A stretch of 62,344 nt of DNA, the filler included, from Bipalium vagum (Eukaryota): the NCBI GenBank assembly GCA_037834085.1. It is 3 parts of 3 records of this genome, joined end to end, with 100 filler letters (N's around TTAATTAATTAA, not from the genome) between each part and the next. Parts side by side here need not be neighbours in the genome. Positions count along the whole stretch, not along the records: positions 1 to 16,386 come from JBBMKC010113973.1; positions 16,487 to 40,351 come from JBBMKC010205266.1; 1 more part is not named here. One strand, 5' to 3'. Under the pieces are notes generated by a model, which was given only the letters and a program-made list of their open reading frames with translations, had not been told where the DNA came from and made no database searches. A program made the position numbers and the translations under genes. This document shows positions 13,896 through 27,459 of the stretch, in pieces (the stretch's first letter is position 1; the number at the start of each line of letters is the position of its first letter).

Positions 13896-14174
13896 CGTGG
13901 TAAGGCTAAAAAGTACTTAGACTATCAGAAATAATGAAGATGGAGCTTCTTCACCGTATATCCCTTTCGACTCATTAATAACTTCCTTCTCGGTAGATCC
14001 CTTCAGTAGTAAAAACAGGATCACACCTGAATTCTACATTTTCAAACATTTTTTTGAATTTATCATATCTAGTGGAAACAAAATTAGAATATTTAAACAA
14101 ATCAGATATGTCATACATATAAATATGTATATTAATTATTTCTGAGAGTCTAAGTACTTTTTAGTCTTACCACG
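13896..14174 (-). mobile_element. Mariner-derived MITE (279 bp)
   Basis: 28-bp TIRs CGTGGTAAG(G/A)CTAAAAAGTACTTAGACT with one mismatch; TA on the right flank. The interior is colinear with the 5' end of the mariner at about 36960-37100. Confidence 0.9.
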
Positions 14175-16312
14175 TATACAAAGTGTTCGAAATACTTGTA
14201 AGTTTGACATAATAAAAAGGGAATTGTTTTCCAATATTTGTATTGGTGTTTACATAAACTAGACCTCAATTTATTTTCTTCCAAAACTTAAAATTTTCAT
14301 GGAGAATGTTTTCATGAAAATATGTCTGTATTTGTGTCGCATTCTTTAATAAAGATTCCGTTATCAACAGGAATTTTATTAATAAATTGTGACGTGTTTC
14401 CCACTAAATACCATATCAGCCAGATTCTGGCCAAAGTTGCTATTTCAGATATATTTCAGCCCAATTATTATTAGATTGTCGAGTTTTATCATTTGAATGG
14501 ATAAACTGTAAGAAAAGACTATATAAAGGTATATAAAGATATGAAAATTATTGAATAATTTCTGAATACCAGGATTCTTTCCAAGTTCCTGATTGATGAA
14601 ATCTTCTAAAATAACTTTTTGTACTGTAAAAGAATTTGATTGTTGAGACAATTTGATGAGACTTTAATTTAAAATTTAGTTGAAAGAATAAGACCAACCC
14701 TGTACTTATTTGATATATAACCTGACCTGATAGAGATGAAACCTCCATGTAACAAGGCAACGTTGACAGCAAAGACGATAATGTGCCCGTCTTTTTGTAC
14801 CCAAAAAATGACTGTATATCAGGCAGACTCAGTTCTAACTTTATCATCAGACATCGATAAAACCATTTAAATGAAGAGACATTCGCGTCTAATTTTTTTA
14901 GGAAGAATAAATTCAGAGTTTTCTTCACAGGTACTTGTCAAAGTTCTTGAAAAATGACAAACGCGTAGAGAAAAAGAAAAGTATTTGAAAAAAAGTTTTT
15001 ATCTTTCAGTTTTAGATTATTTGAAATGAAATTTCTCTGAATGGTAAGGTTTTGTGAATCCCTGTCACTTGGACTTTATTTCAATTAAAGGTCATTATAA
15101 AGATTTTTTTATTCATAAAGCTTAGTTAAGATTTTTCTTAAGGAATAATGCCCAGAGCAACGCAGTTTTTTGTAGTACACATAAGAAGTGTTTAAATGAA
15201 ATCTGTGGTTATAAAATGTTTCTTGTTTGGCAGACGATATGTTCATGTTGCCTAAAAATTAGTCCTTCTATTACGATGAATTCACAAATTTAGTTGTCAG
15301 GAGCATCTCAGAAAATCTAACAATACTTTGTGTAAAACTTGATGGGACCAATTCGCAGGAATGTTCACCAAGTTGCATACAACATGTCATGATATTATTT
15401 TTATGCAATGCACATTATCAGCGTTTCATATGCTGGGTGCAGCGTTAGAATCATGACAAAACTTAAATTGAGATTTCTCTAATATGAAAAATTATGAATT
15501 GTTAAAATATTTTTTGTCTTAATGATTAATTTTGTCATTTTGTTTTTATAAACTAGTTTAAGTTTCTGGATTTTGGTTGGTTCTCCTTTTTAACAGAAAA
15601 AGTCCCTAAATCTTTATATCCATAGATTACGTGAAACAACATTTCATAAAAAATACCATTTACGTTAATGAAAATGTAACAACAGAATGGTAACGGCTTA
15701 CATACAATGATCGAGAAGTGAGATGTTCAAAAGCTGAAAATTTGCGTGAGTGTTCACCTTGTTTTATTGTTTACAAATTAAAACAAAACTTTAAAGATAA
15801 ATCTTATTTTAAAATAAAAAAATAATAAAATTTTACTATTAAAAAAAATATTTTTTTACCACTATCCCTTTTAGAAGATACAGGAAATATTGCATATTAA
15901 ATTGACTGGATTCCGAGCAATAATAATTTCATAGTCTAATTGATTTTTCTTTATTCACCATAATCCAAACAATTTATGTTGGTATATCAATATAATAGAA
16001 AGTGGACATATTTATAACGCTCCGCTGACCAGATGGAGATAAGAATTTAATCAACGATGAATTATATTCGATTAAAAAATTATGAATTTAAAAGCTTGGA
16101 TTAAATGTCATTAAATTATTACCCACGAAAAACCGATATTTTTCAGGAGCAACAATCGAGTTATAGTCTAAAAAATATTTTTCAATCTTTCACAAAAATC
16201 CATTCTTTTAGTATAAAATTTGCAATGATAATTCCAGTGAAAAAATAAAAGGAAGACTAGGTCGTTATTATAATAAATAATACTGGTTTGATAAACAGTA
16301 TTATTAACACAT

Positions 16313-16328
16313 TATTATTATTATTATA

Positions 16329-16361
<33 letters not shown>

Positions 16362-16386
16362 TTGATTATTATTATTATTATTATTA
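16313..16386. repeat. (ATT)n microsatellite at contig end
   Basis: Imperfect ATT array running into the gap. Confidence 0.95.
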
Positions 16387-16486
16387 NNNNNNNNNNNNNN
16401 NNNNNNNNNNNNNNNNNNNNNNNNNNNNNNTTAATTAATTAANNNNNNNNNNNNNNNNNNNNNNNNNNNNNNNNNNNNNNNNNNNN
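16387..16486. other. Artificial contig spacer (N44-TTAATTAATTAA-N44)
   Basis: Exactly 100 nt. The central 12-mer places stop codons in all six frames. An identical copy lies at 40352-40451. Confidence 0.97.
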
Positions 16487-16650
16487 CAAACTGATTTTAT
16501 CAATGCCAAACAGACTAAGTGAATGTGTGGCCAAGAAAGGTGGCCATACTCATTACTAATTTTCATGTATAGATATGTATTGCATGTTTGTATTCATAAT
16601 ACATTTTTTTGATTTTAAGGGTGCTTTTTACTTTTTAGCTTGAGTTTACA
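16487..16650 (+). mobile_element. 3' end of a Tc1-family transposon
   Basis: The contig starts with KLILSMPNRLSECVAKKGGHTHY*, the classic Tc1 transposase C-terminus (SMP.R......GG.T.Y), followed by a TIR-like tail. Confidence 0.85.
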
Positions 16651-16699
16651 TTCAATGTCCTACACGTGTTCAATTGGATATAAATATGGTGAAAATTTT

Positions 16700-17430
16700 G
16701 ACAAAGATATCTTTCCATTTTTGATTCTTGTTGAAACTACTAGATCAATGTGTTACCATTAATGGAAATAATACACGTCTCCAAATTTCATTGATTTATT
16801 GAAGAGCATTCAAATTACTTCTGAAAGATACGATGACTAACAGAAATCCAAAGCATATGGCATACCGTACCATAATCCCAGATTTGACATCATTGTGATT
16901 TTGTAACATAAAGCCATCATCTTGTTTTTCTTCATCATCAAGTGTCCTTCACTTTCCCTTTTTAAAAAACTTGATTGATTAATAAAGATGATGCAACTGT
17001 ATTTGTCACTATAATGTTGTCTTTCTTGAAAACAGCTAAATCTTGAAGTTTTAGAAATTGATTTCAATGGTAAATATCGATTTAAACGATATGATTGCAG
17101 ACCAATACTACTCAATTTTTGATATGTAGCAATGAGGAACACTTATTTCTTTAACTTTAACTTTAACTCAGCATACGTCTATCTGTAACAGCCAGAGAAT
17201 TAAAGTGTCTATCTTAAATTTTGATAGTGATTTAATGTTTTCCACTGCCACTGCACGATTCTAAAAGTCTTCTTCATACCACGAATTCAGCAAAACAGTT
17301 GAATATTTTTTTCCTAAACGTCAGGAAATTTCTCTGAAACTTATTACATCTTCTTTTAGTCCTACTATTCGACCTCTTTCAAAGTCTGATAAATAGATGA
17401 AATTTTCTATTTATCTAATTTCAGTCACAG
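16700..17430 (-). mobile_element. Degenerate Tc1 transposase remnant
   Basis: LSDFERGRIVGLKED..SFREIS*RLG...STV (Tc1 paired-like HTH) and GIMV...I...NLNALQ*INEI (DDE region), interrupted by stops. Confidence 0.75.
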
Positions 17431-19489
17431 TGGCTTATGTAATATAAGAACTTCTATTCTTAATTGTTCATTATACCTATTAAAATGATGCGCATACAGA
17501 GATGTTGATATCTCTATTAATTATATTAATCAAAAAGTAACAATTCTGTTACAATTAATTAAAATAATTTTGTGTTTTTTTTAAAAGGAATATGAGTATA
17601 AATAATATATTGGTTTAAATTAAATAATATTAAGATAATTATCATTATTAATATATATATATATATATATATATATAATTGAAATTAAAAAATAATTTGA
17701 AATAAATAATAAATTTAAATAATTTTTCTAACAATTTTAACACTAAATAAATAATATTTTATATATCGATTAGGAAACCATTAAAATTTATATCTTTTTA
17801 CTGAATGGAAGACTTTGAATACTAATCCATTGAAAATCGTGTTATAATGTAGATGGAAAAAAATAAATGAAAAAATATGAAAGTCTGAAAATATAAAATT
17901 GACAGAACTTTCAGTTTAAAGAAAAAAAGAATGTAAAAATTTGTTATAATTTAAGAAATACCTTAACAAATCACTGAGGCATAGATAAATAAAGGAAGAT
18001 AATTTTTCTTTTAAATTCACAAAATATTTCCTCATAACTTTAGAGATTGTGGTAATTAAGAATTCAGTTATTATAAAATTTTGAATTTTAATAAAACAAA
18101 AATAAAAAAATGTTTTAAAGGTGTGACTTAAAAAAATTGGAAAATGATAAAAATATTTTTTTAAAATTATTTATTTTCCAGATAATAATCGACCAACTGA
18201 AAACTAACAAATTCTTTCAAAAATATTTTTAATATATTTTTTTATTTAATTTAGTCAATGTGGACTGCTCAAATAATTATTTTTCAATTTGTTATAATCC
18301 ACACTTTCTTCCTCCATACGAAAATCTTTTACAAATGCTTAAGAATAATCGGTCTTCTGTGGGGATCAATATTCACAGATCACAGACTGACTTCAATAAC
18401 AATTGCAGATTGGTGTGGACAAAAAATAGGGACTTTTGCATTCAGCTGTCGAAACTCAACCAAATATCAGAATGCCTGGTTTATAAATTACGGCAACAGG
18501 TTTAGAATTGTGCTTCGTAATTTTTTGGATTTAAAAGACAATTAATTTAATTCAATTTAATTAATTAAAGTTTCCACCGTTAATCGTAAAAATGCATTGT
18601 AAAAAATGTTAATGTAAATTTTTAATGTTTACAAATTTGGTTTTTTTTTCGAATTTCTTTAGAATATTTTATTTCTTTAATAAACAATAAAGTTTTAAAT
18701 TAAGGTTAGGAAATTTTTAAGTACCATTTTAACGCGTTTGTATCAATTGAACATGCATAAAATGTGAATTATTATGGAATATTTTATTAAATTTAATTAA
18801 AATAAACTATTTCGTTTTTCTTCAACTTTATTACTTGATCAACCAATTATTTGAATTTATTTTAAGAGAAATTCATGAAGAGAAGGGTTCATTTTTTATT
18901 ACTAAACTTCACTGTACTGGCTCATTTAATTTTTCATCTTTAATATTTTTACATAAATAGCAAAATCATTTATTATTTGATTGTTACATCAATGTTACTT
19001 ATTTTAAATACTTACTAATAATGTTTTCAAAATATTTATTATGTATATTCTAATTTACCAAGGTCGAACTAAAGTCTATTCATTTAGCCAGGCGGTTTTC
19101 ACTAGCCACGAGAAGTATATTCATCGACTACTGCAATCACTTAGAAATTATCATTTCGATGCCCCTTTCGCCTTTAGGTTGCATCTGACTTGTTGGTGGT
19201 TTCTAATGTTTCGATGTTCAGCTCACTTGTACTCTAGTCAACTGTTGCAGCTTTAGTGCGATGAATATCCACAAATATGCCAGTCTCTGAAAGTTTCTGA
19301 CAGGAATCACGCTTGTATACCTTCATTGAAAATCTATCGTGCATATTGTGAGTACTTTGGTGTTCTAGCAAAATTTTAAATCTTCTTCCTGTTGGATAAA
19401 TTCAATCAATGAAAGAAAAAAGTAAAAATATTTACCTCATCTTATCCTGTACAATTACTTGATCAAAGGTGTAATATTGAAATACATTA

Positions 19490-20190
19490 ACATACTTATT
19501 ATTATACCTTTTTCGTATGTTTTATTGTACTTGATCCATTTTTCGTCATATGTAATAAGACGTTTTAAAAATGGATCGATCACGTTTTTATTCAGCAATC
19601 TTTGGCTTATTGAAATTCGGTCTTTCAAATTCTTTTCAATCAAATTATGCGGTATCCATACATCCAGTTTCTTTGTATATCCACATTTCTCCAAATGATT
19701 TAAAACTGTTTGATGATGAATCCCAAATTCCTGAGCTATTTCGTGGCTGATTATATTCTTATCTTCTTCAACCTTCATAATTATTTTATCGACTTTTTCA
19801 CTTATTTGTCGGCCAGAATGAGGTACCTCTTTGACATCAAAATTTCACGAACAAAATTTAGTGAACCATTCACTGACTGTTATATCCGAAACAGTATCCG
19901 CTCCATAAACAGTATTAATCATTTTAGTTACCTGTGTAGCAATTTTACCTTTCAAGAAATAAAGTTTCATTATGTACCTCATTTCTTCTTTATTTATATC
20001 CATTTCTAAAGATGAATAAAATTTTTATTAATTAATCAAAATTCCTACTTTTTCAAGTTATTTGAATGTTAGGATTATAATAAATTATAAAATGATATAT
20101 TAAAACAAAATCAATTTTAATCAAACTACATAAAGAACATATTCACCGTTTATTAACAAAATCGACGGAAAATTTTTAGATTACCCAACA
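19490..20190 (-). mobile_element. 5' half of a mariner (mellifera-like subfamily), pseudogenised transposase starting at ATG 20003
   Basis: MDINKEEMRYI...VYGADTV...WF.KF...FDVKE..HSGR...HQTVLNHLEKCGYTKKLDVWIPHNL..KNLKDRISI...DPFLKRLITYDEKW contains the mariner WVPHEL and TGDEKW motifs. It has one internal stop and is truncated after the first catalytic Asp. A TIR-like TTGGGTAATCTAAAAATT lies at about 20171-20188. Confidence 0.9.
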
Positions 20191-21297
20191 ATATATTGTA
20201 ATAACAAATGATCTTGTGATTATTTTGCGCACAACTTCTCGCAAATGCTTTTTACCATGAGTAAATTTGCTTAAATCTAAAAATATTTGAAATATCAAAA
20301 TTTTTATAAAATTCAAATGATTATCCTAATGAACAATTTGTATTGAAACAAATACTATAAATTAAACGACCACACAGAAAGATTGGGTAATAGCCAAAAA
20401 AATGTTTTAGAAAATTTTAGATGATGAGACTCACAACAGAAAGGTAAATAAAGGTAAAGTGGGTGTCCATATATTTGTTTTGCAAAAATTTTATAAATAT
20501 ATTAATATTTCGAAATGTCTTAAAACGTACAAAATAAAATTCTGTAAATATTTCCACGACATTATTGGATATTGAAAAATCTTCATTATTTATTAATATC
20601 TTTATTATTCTAGATATCTTCTATTGCAAAATTTATGAGACCAAGAGTGTAATTAAATATTTAAAAATAAATAAAATATGTAGGTGGCATTCATCAGTGA
20701 GCTAAACATATTTAAAACTGGTACTTTGTTAACATTATATATTAATAAATAATAATTAAAAATTTATTTCGAATGAAAGAAGAGGTAATGGATTACATAA
20801 ACTTACCTGATAACGTAATAAAGATTAAAATCTATTAAATATGGACAACCTGCATCTTAAACCCTAATCGAAAATGCCTAATCAAAAATGTACTGTATGA
20901 AAAAAAGTAGAAAAAGATGATTTATTATAAAAAAAACTTTCTCATGAAGCATCTTATACAAAATTTTCTCGAATCTCTCGTTTTTCTGCAACTATTTGAT
21001 CAGAATTTTTTTATGGAATCATTTTATGATTTGAATTTATACGTTCAAGACAACCTTGTCTCCATTTAAAAAATTAAGGAAAAATAAGATTGAAGCAAAA
21101 AATATTAAAAGTTTATAATGGAAGAAAACACAATAATTATGAATAATAATTACCAATAATTGACTTAACTTTTAAATCAATTATTTATTGAAGGCCATTT
21201 TAAATAATTGAATAAATATCTAATTTTTATTTGAATTTTTAATGGAGATTTCTGATAATTATAATAATTTTAATTTTTTCTCGCTTATTTTTATGTA

Positions 21298-22337
21298 ATG
21301 CCACTTGATCTGGATACTAGATTGGAAACAGTTAACATATTTTATAATCATGATGAATCAGCAAAAGCTGAACTGAAGCGTATAAAGCCATACATAATTC
21401 TGCACTAAAAACCATTTAGCCTAGAGATTATTAGCAACATCATTAAGAAGTTCGACTCCATGAGGTCATTACATGACATTGTCCGTAGTGATAGGAGGTC
21501 CTTGGTTGAATCTCGTAGGTAGGTGGTTAAATGATCATTCTTACGACAACAAGTCAGTAATGTTCATTTCTGCTGTAGGAAAAAATACTAGGATTCCTAT
21601 ACTCAGTGTTGCGAGTATGCTTTGTTCATTTGGCATAAAACCATACAAAATAACCCTTTTCCAAAAATTTAGTGAGAAGGATCAAAATAATCGCATTAAC
21701 TTTGCATAGTTGGTACTGGAAAATCAGTGCATGCTAAATATCATTATGTAATCTCATGACGCATATTTTTCGATGAATGGCATAGTTAATAGACATAACT
21801 GTGCGATATTGGCTCCTGAGAATCCACATGTGACAGTCACAAAAAAGCCTTCATGCAGAAAAAGTTTGTGATTGGATGGGATTCAGTGCCCAACATAAGT
21901 TAGAACTATTCTTTTTCAGCAGCACTGTGTAACAGGTCAATTATATCGACTTGCTGGAACATCATCCCCATTTTTCTCATCGTGCACGACATTTCTTTCA
22001 TCTCAATTCTCAGAGGACCGAGTGATGGGAAGTGGTGTAGGTCATCACTGGTCTCCACGTTTACCGGATTTATCTCCTATCGATTACTATCTCTGGGGAA
22101 TACTAAAATTTATCATTTATCTTCAGTTCAAACCAATAAGTATTGCAGTATCAGTTGAACATATGAAGGTCTGTTGTCAGTTTTTTTAGATAAGTATGCT
22201 TCATATATCTAACCGTTTTATAAAAATTATATAATTTTCCTGTCTGGACATGTTTTTGTATAATTTTGGTTTGCTTAAAAAAAGTTATCTTTAAAAATTT
22301 TAGAATTTAAAACTTAAGTTACTTATGGCTAACCCTG
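21298..22337 (+). mobile_element. Degenerate Tc1/mariner (DUF4817-HTH type) element
   Basis: KPYKI...Q..SE.D...RINFA, DAYFSMNGIVNRHNC....ENPH and WSPRLPDLSPIDYYLWGILK. The right terminus is ...GGCTAACCCTG-TA. Confidence 0.85.
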
Positions 22338-23070
22338 TATATCATGTTTTAGTAAGAACTAAGAAAGAACTAGTACTAACTAAGAAAGAATTATCAGATA
22401 TTGTTTTTTAATGAAAAATTATTAATAATGATACTTTTAAATATGCAAATATAACTTGAAATAAATACAATAAACCACAATATTTTCGATTATGTAACAA
22501 GAATAAGCACAAGGAACCCTCATTAAACCTAAGATTAAATGAGTCTGTTAAAAAATAAAATATTATATATTAGCAATTATATATTATTATGATATATTAT
22601 TATTATATTATTAATATTATTATTATATATTATATTATTATTATATATTAGCAAACTCAAAGAGGTTTACGAAAATTTTCTTGTAATAAAAATATTATTT
22701 GAAAATATAAAACTCGAGTAATAATTAATTTTACATTTATTTTAATAGTACTTAACAGCACTCATTAATATTATAATTGGTTTCATTTCTATTCAAATAA
22801 TTAAAACAAAGTTTTTTATTATTAGTTTGACAGAAAAACACGGAGTGCAAATACTTTATGGTAATTAATTTATTTTTATCTATTCCCTTTTCTCACTATA
22901 CAAATAATTGGTAAATTAAATGAATATGGATTTATAAAATAATAAATGAGAATAAAATATATTAAAATAAAATTTAAAAAATATTTTTTAATCTTTTGAA
23001 CACCATCAAATTATTTCTTAAATAAACGCATTTCATTTATTGAAAACACATTTCTTGTTCTAGACATTTA

Positions 23071-23650
23071 TTATCATGATACATGTTTCGTAATATTATT
23101 AGTCCATCATTAGTCACTCATATTAAAAATTAAAAATTTTATTTACTTAAACGAGAGTCTAATTTTTAATTAAAAAATTTAAATAATAGTTTCTGTGATG
23201 AAAGATATAAAATGGATTAATAAATGAAATTATTCATAGAGTACGGCCTTTAACATCAGATTATAAAGAGATAGATGAGGAACTGGATATTATTAAAAAA
23301 AGGTTCAAAAAGAATGAATTTCCAGATAGAAAGATAGAATAGATAATCAATGGAAAAATTAACAGATTAATAACAGAAAAATAAAAAGATGGAAAGAAAG
23401 TGAAAATAGAAAAGAAGAGTTCAAGAATGTACTTAATATACCCTTTTCAAATGGATTTAGAACATTCAAGAATATGAAAGAAAAACAATTGAGCTTCAAG
23501 ATTTTAAAAAAATTTCAGACACAGAAAAAACAAAATGTTATTTAAAAATTAAAATGCCAACACCTGCAATATTTTTAGCTAATATTGTATACGAACTTAA
23601 ATTTCATATTTGTAATAGCCTAAACATAGTGGAGACACGGAAGATATGCG
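23071..23650 (+). mobile_element. Penelope-like retroelement relic (RT C-terminus plus GIY-YIG start) with inverted pseudo-LTR piece
   Basis: DEELDIIKKRFKKNEFPDRKIE resembles E...I...L..NGYP, and ANIVYELKFHICNSLNIVET resembles VVY.I.C..C...YIGET. An upstream antisense segment carries a hammerhead-like core. Confidence 0.75.
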
Positions 23651-26600
23651 AATTATTATTAATAATAGAGCTGCAACCAGAGATTAACATTCAAATAGGG
23701 GAAAGTAAAAGTCAATAGATTGTCAATGTATTCTATGATTAATATTATTTTTTAAAAAACATTTTAAATGTCTTCATACCGTTTCTGAAAAAATTCGGCT
23801 TAAGAGATTCAACAAAAGAGGTGAAGGTATGTTGACTTTGTGTTTTATATTTTAAAAAAGCTAAAATAATAATAATAATAGAGGCTTACCTGTCTTCTTA
23901 TTATTTATTAATAAAAATAAAAATATTAGTCGATATTTTAAAATATTTTTGCCTTAAAGTTAGTTCATGAAAGAGCGATAAATACTTTTCCCTCAACCTA
24001 ATATATATCATCTCATTAAAATAAATCTTTTTATTGATTTTAATCTTGTTTATGATGATTCTCATTCATTAATATTCTAATTTTTAAAGTTAGGGAAAAA
24101 TCGAAAGAAATCGCTTTATAATTGTTGCATTATTCAAAAATGAAATCTTTTATCAAAATTTGTATTATATCATCAATTAAAACAAATCAACAAATTTAAG
24201 AAAAATATAAATGCAATCATGGCTTACTTTTAATTGATGCAAATCATAACAGAAAAACGTAAAAGAAATGAACGTTGAATGAAATTCCTATTTTATTTTT
24301 GAGAAACATTTAATTAATCTTTTATATTTTAATTCATAAGAAGATAACAAAGAAAATGAAAAATCAATTAATATTTCTTTTCATAAATTAGGAATCAAAA
24401 TTTACCAAATACTCTTTCAATACGAAATGTTTCTCTATGACAGGTGGAGATTTAGAATTCGTTTCAAGAAGAAAAGGATAAATATAAAATAATAATTAAG
24501 ATAGAAATTGAATTAGGAATTTCTTTGGTAAAGCCCATTTATATTTCACTGTTCATTATATTTCCAATTATATTATACATATTTTATTGAAAAATATATA
24601 TTTATTGTACATTTGAAATTGACATCGATAAAGGTGTGTGAATGATTATATGAAAAATGAGTATTCCAAAGAAGAAAAATTTCATCAATTTTTTTTAGAC
24701 AAAAGATGAAAAACAATATTTCTTAGTTTAATAATTATTTGTCCTCATCTCAGAAAAATGAATCCTTCCTCAGAAATTTAGGAAATTTCTCGAATTTATA
24801 ATGATATCCGCATTCATAATGTAGGACATAACTAATGGAATGCACAAAAATAAATGAATTATTTGTATTTCTAATGTTATCGATCAAATTGAAGAATTAT
24901 AACTTTCCTTTCAAACTACTCTATGAAAATATTAACAATTATTAAATTAATTTCCTTTTATGAAAAAATCATCAATAAAAAAAGAAATATTTCTCCTAAT
25001 ATTTTATCATTATTTTGTTTTAATAAGCTTCTGACAAATCACGTTTGCAAATTATTATTAATATTATATTAAGAATTTAAAACAAAATTTCCAAAACAAA
25101 AACTTAATGATAATTTGTTCAATTTCTTTTTTCGATTATGTTGCGCATATTGATATTTTATTGATTGAAAAATAAATATTTTTTATTTATTTATTTACTA
25201 AACAAATTTTATACCTCCAGTATTTTTACTAATCCCAAAGTTTTTCTAACGAAAAAAATAATGTCTGGAAAATTATTCCGTTTTCTTTCATTACCTTTTA
25301 AGGTCTAATAAATTTGCTAAAATTAATTTCTAATCTTTCCATCGCAAAATTAATAACTTAAAAGTCTTTTAGAAAAACAATTTAAAAATTAGAAATCTTT
25401 TTCAGTTTTCATTAAAAAAATTTTTTGAGAAATAAAATAGAAATTCCTTTTGTCACACTTTCATAATTTTCGAGAAAATAAATTATGCCTCATGACATAA
25501 TTTCAATGATTTATTGTACTGGGATATTTTTTTATTTTCAATATTAATTGAATTTGTTTTTGAAAGTTTCTTATTTTTATTATTGTTTTTTAATGTTTTT
25601 CATTAAATGTTTAAAGTTAATTCGTTTAATTAAGTGCAATTTGTAAATTTCATTTCACTAATTTAATTTAATATTATAAAAAAATAATATTTTTAATATT
25701 TTTAAAATTTTACTATTGCGTCAGACTATATTAGGGTGATTCATAAGTGCCAATCCCCTGGAAAATGATATGTTTGCTTGTGCATAATTCTATTGAATAA
25801 AGATTATAACATTTTGAATATTTTATTGATTTTTGAATAATGTTTTAGAAAATATAATTTAATAAAAATAAGTTTCTTAAATTATTTCGTGATTTTTATA
25901 TTTAAATTTTGAAAATTTAAAATAAATTGCATACAAACCAAATTTTATCACATAAAAAATATTTTAAGAATTATTTCTTTTTGAAAGATTTCTTAAAATT
26001 AAATTCTTTAAAATTATATATCGAGTGAAAAAAAATTATAAAAATAATTTTGGAAAAAAATATAAATGGATTTAAAAAATAATTATCACATTAAAATCTG
26101 ATAAATTAATACCTTTATGGTATTATATTTAATTTATAATTAAATGTCGATTAAATAATATTTTTAACATTATCATTGCAATGCGCTTCATGGATAAAAA
26201 ATTAAAAAATAATTTAACATTTTATTGTAATTTATCATTTATTTCTAAATTCTAAATTTATTATTAAATATGTTGAAATGAACTTTTATTTTATCGATTT
26301 TTTTATTTTAATTTATTTGCTATTTTCCAATAAAAATAAATTTCATCTAATCATAATAAGCAAATATTAATCTAAATACGTGCGGAATTTGAAAAAAAAT
26401 TTAAGCAAAATTTTTTTTTATTCTTCAGTTTCTTTATTTTGTATTGTTTTTAATTTAATGATAATAATATTATTGATTTTTATTATATTATATTATATTA
26501 TATTATTAAATTATAATATTAATATTGATGGGTAAAAAATATATATTAAAATATCGTTTTAAAGCACTTAATACATAATAAATTAGGCTATAATTCAACT

Positions 26601-27459
26601 ATTGTAGTGTTATGATAGTAACATTATTCTCGTCACGATTTCAAGTAATTTCTTATGCAAATTAAAGATCACTTGAGCCCTGAAGATATTTTTTGGATTC
26701 CTAAATCCTATAAGTATAGAGCTTGTCCTTTTAATTAATTCCACTCTATTATTGAAAAGTAGTTGATTTGTCTGCTACGTTATTGTCACGAATGTGTTTT
26801 TAATTTTTTCACCAAAAACCCATTCGAAATTTTCTGCTGAGTTGGGACACAAGATGGAAATGATTCTGCTGTTGAATCTATTTTCGAAATTGGAATTATC
26901 TTTTTGTCTTTCATCACTTGTTATTGACAGATGTCTCATTAGGAAAAATCTTGATCATATGTTAGGAAAATAATTATAAATTTTCTCTTCACTTTCCATT
27001 ATATTATCCAACGCTTATCTCACAGGATCGAGATTTGATGAATTTTTGATTTGTCATTTCTCTATAAAATAAATTTAATTACAAATGGATTTTAAAAACT
27101 TTAATAAAGTTAAATAATAGTAATAATAATAACAATAATAATAATAATAATAATAAAAATAATAATATTATTATTATTATTAATTAGTCCCATTAGTTAA
27201 TTAAATAAAATAATTAATTGATAAATAAAGGAATAATAAATTATATCAATAATTGCCAAAAATATTTATTAAATGTCCAGAATACTGTGCTTAATTAGTT
27301 ATAGCAAAAGTCGGCAATTTATTACTTCAAAGAGAAGAAGGATATTAAGGGCAACAATTGCATTATCCCATAACCTAGCTTATAAATCAGGCCATAATTC
27401 AGAAATTTGCTGGAACAATCAGAGGTCGAAGTCGATTTTAAAAATATTACATTTTATTA

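Noticed and set aside
15625-15746. In-frame TAA in an exon-like block as evidence of stop-codon reassignment
   Set aside because: TRUB2 and the conserved SPATA18 exons have no internal stops and TRUB2 ends in TAA. Standard code with pseudogene decay is simpler.
16431-16442. TTAATTAATTAA island inside the N gaps as a biological motif
   Set aside because: It is identical in both gaps and centred in exactly 100 nt, i.e. a six-frame stop linker added during contig joining.
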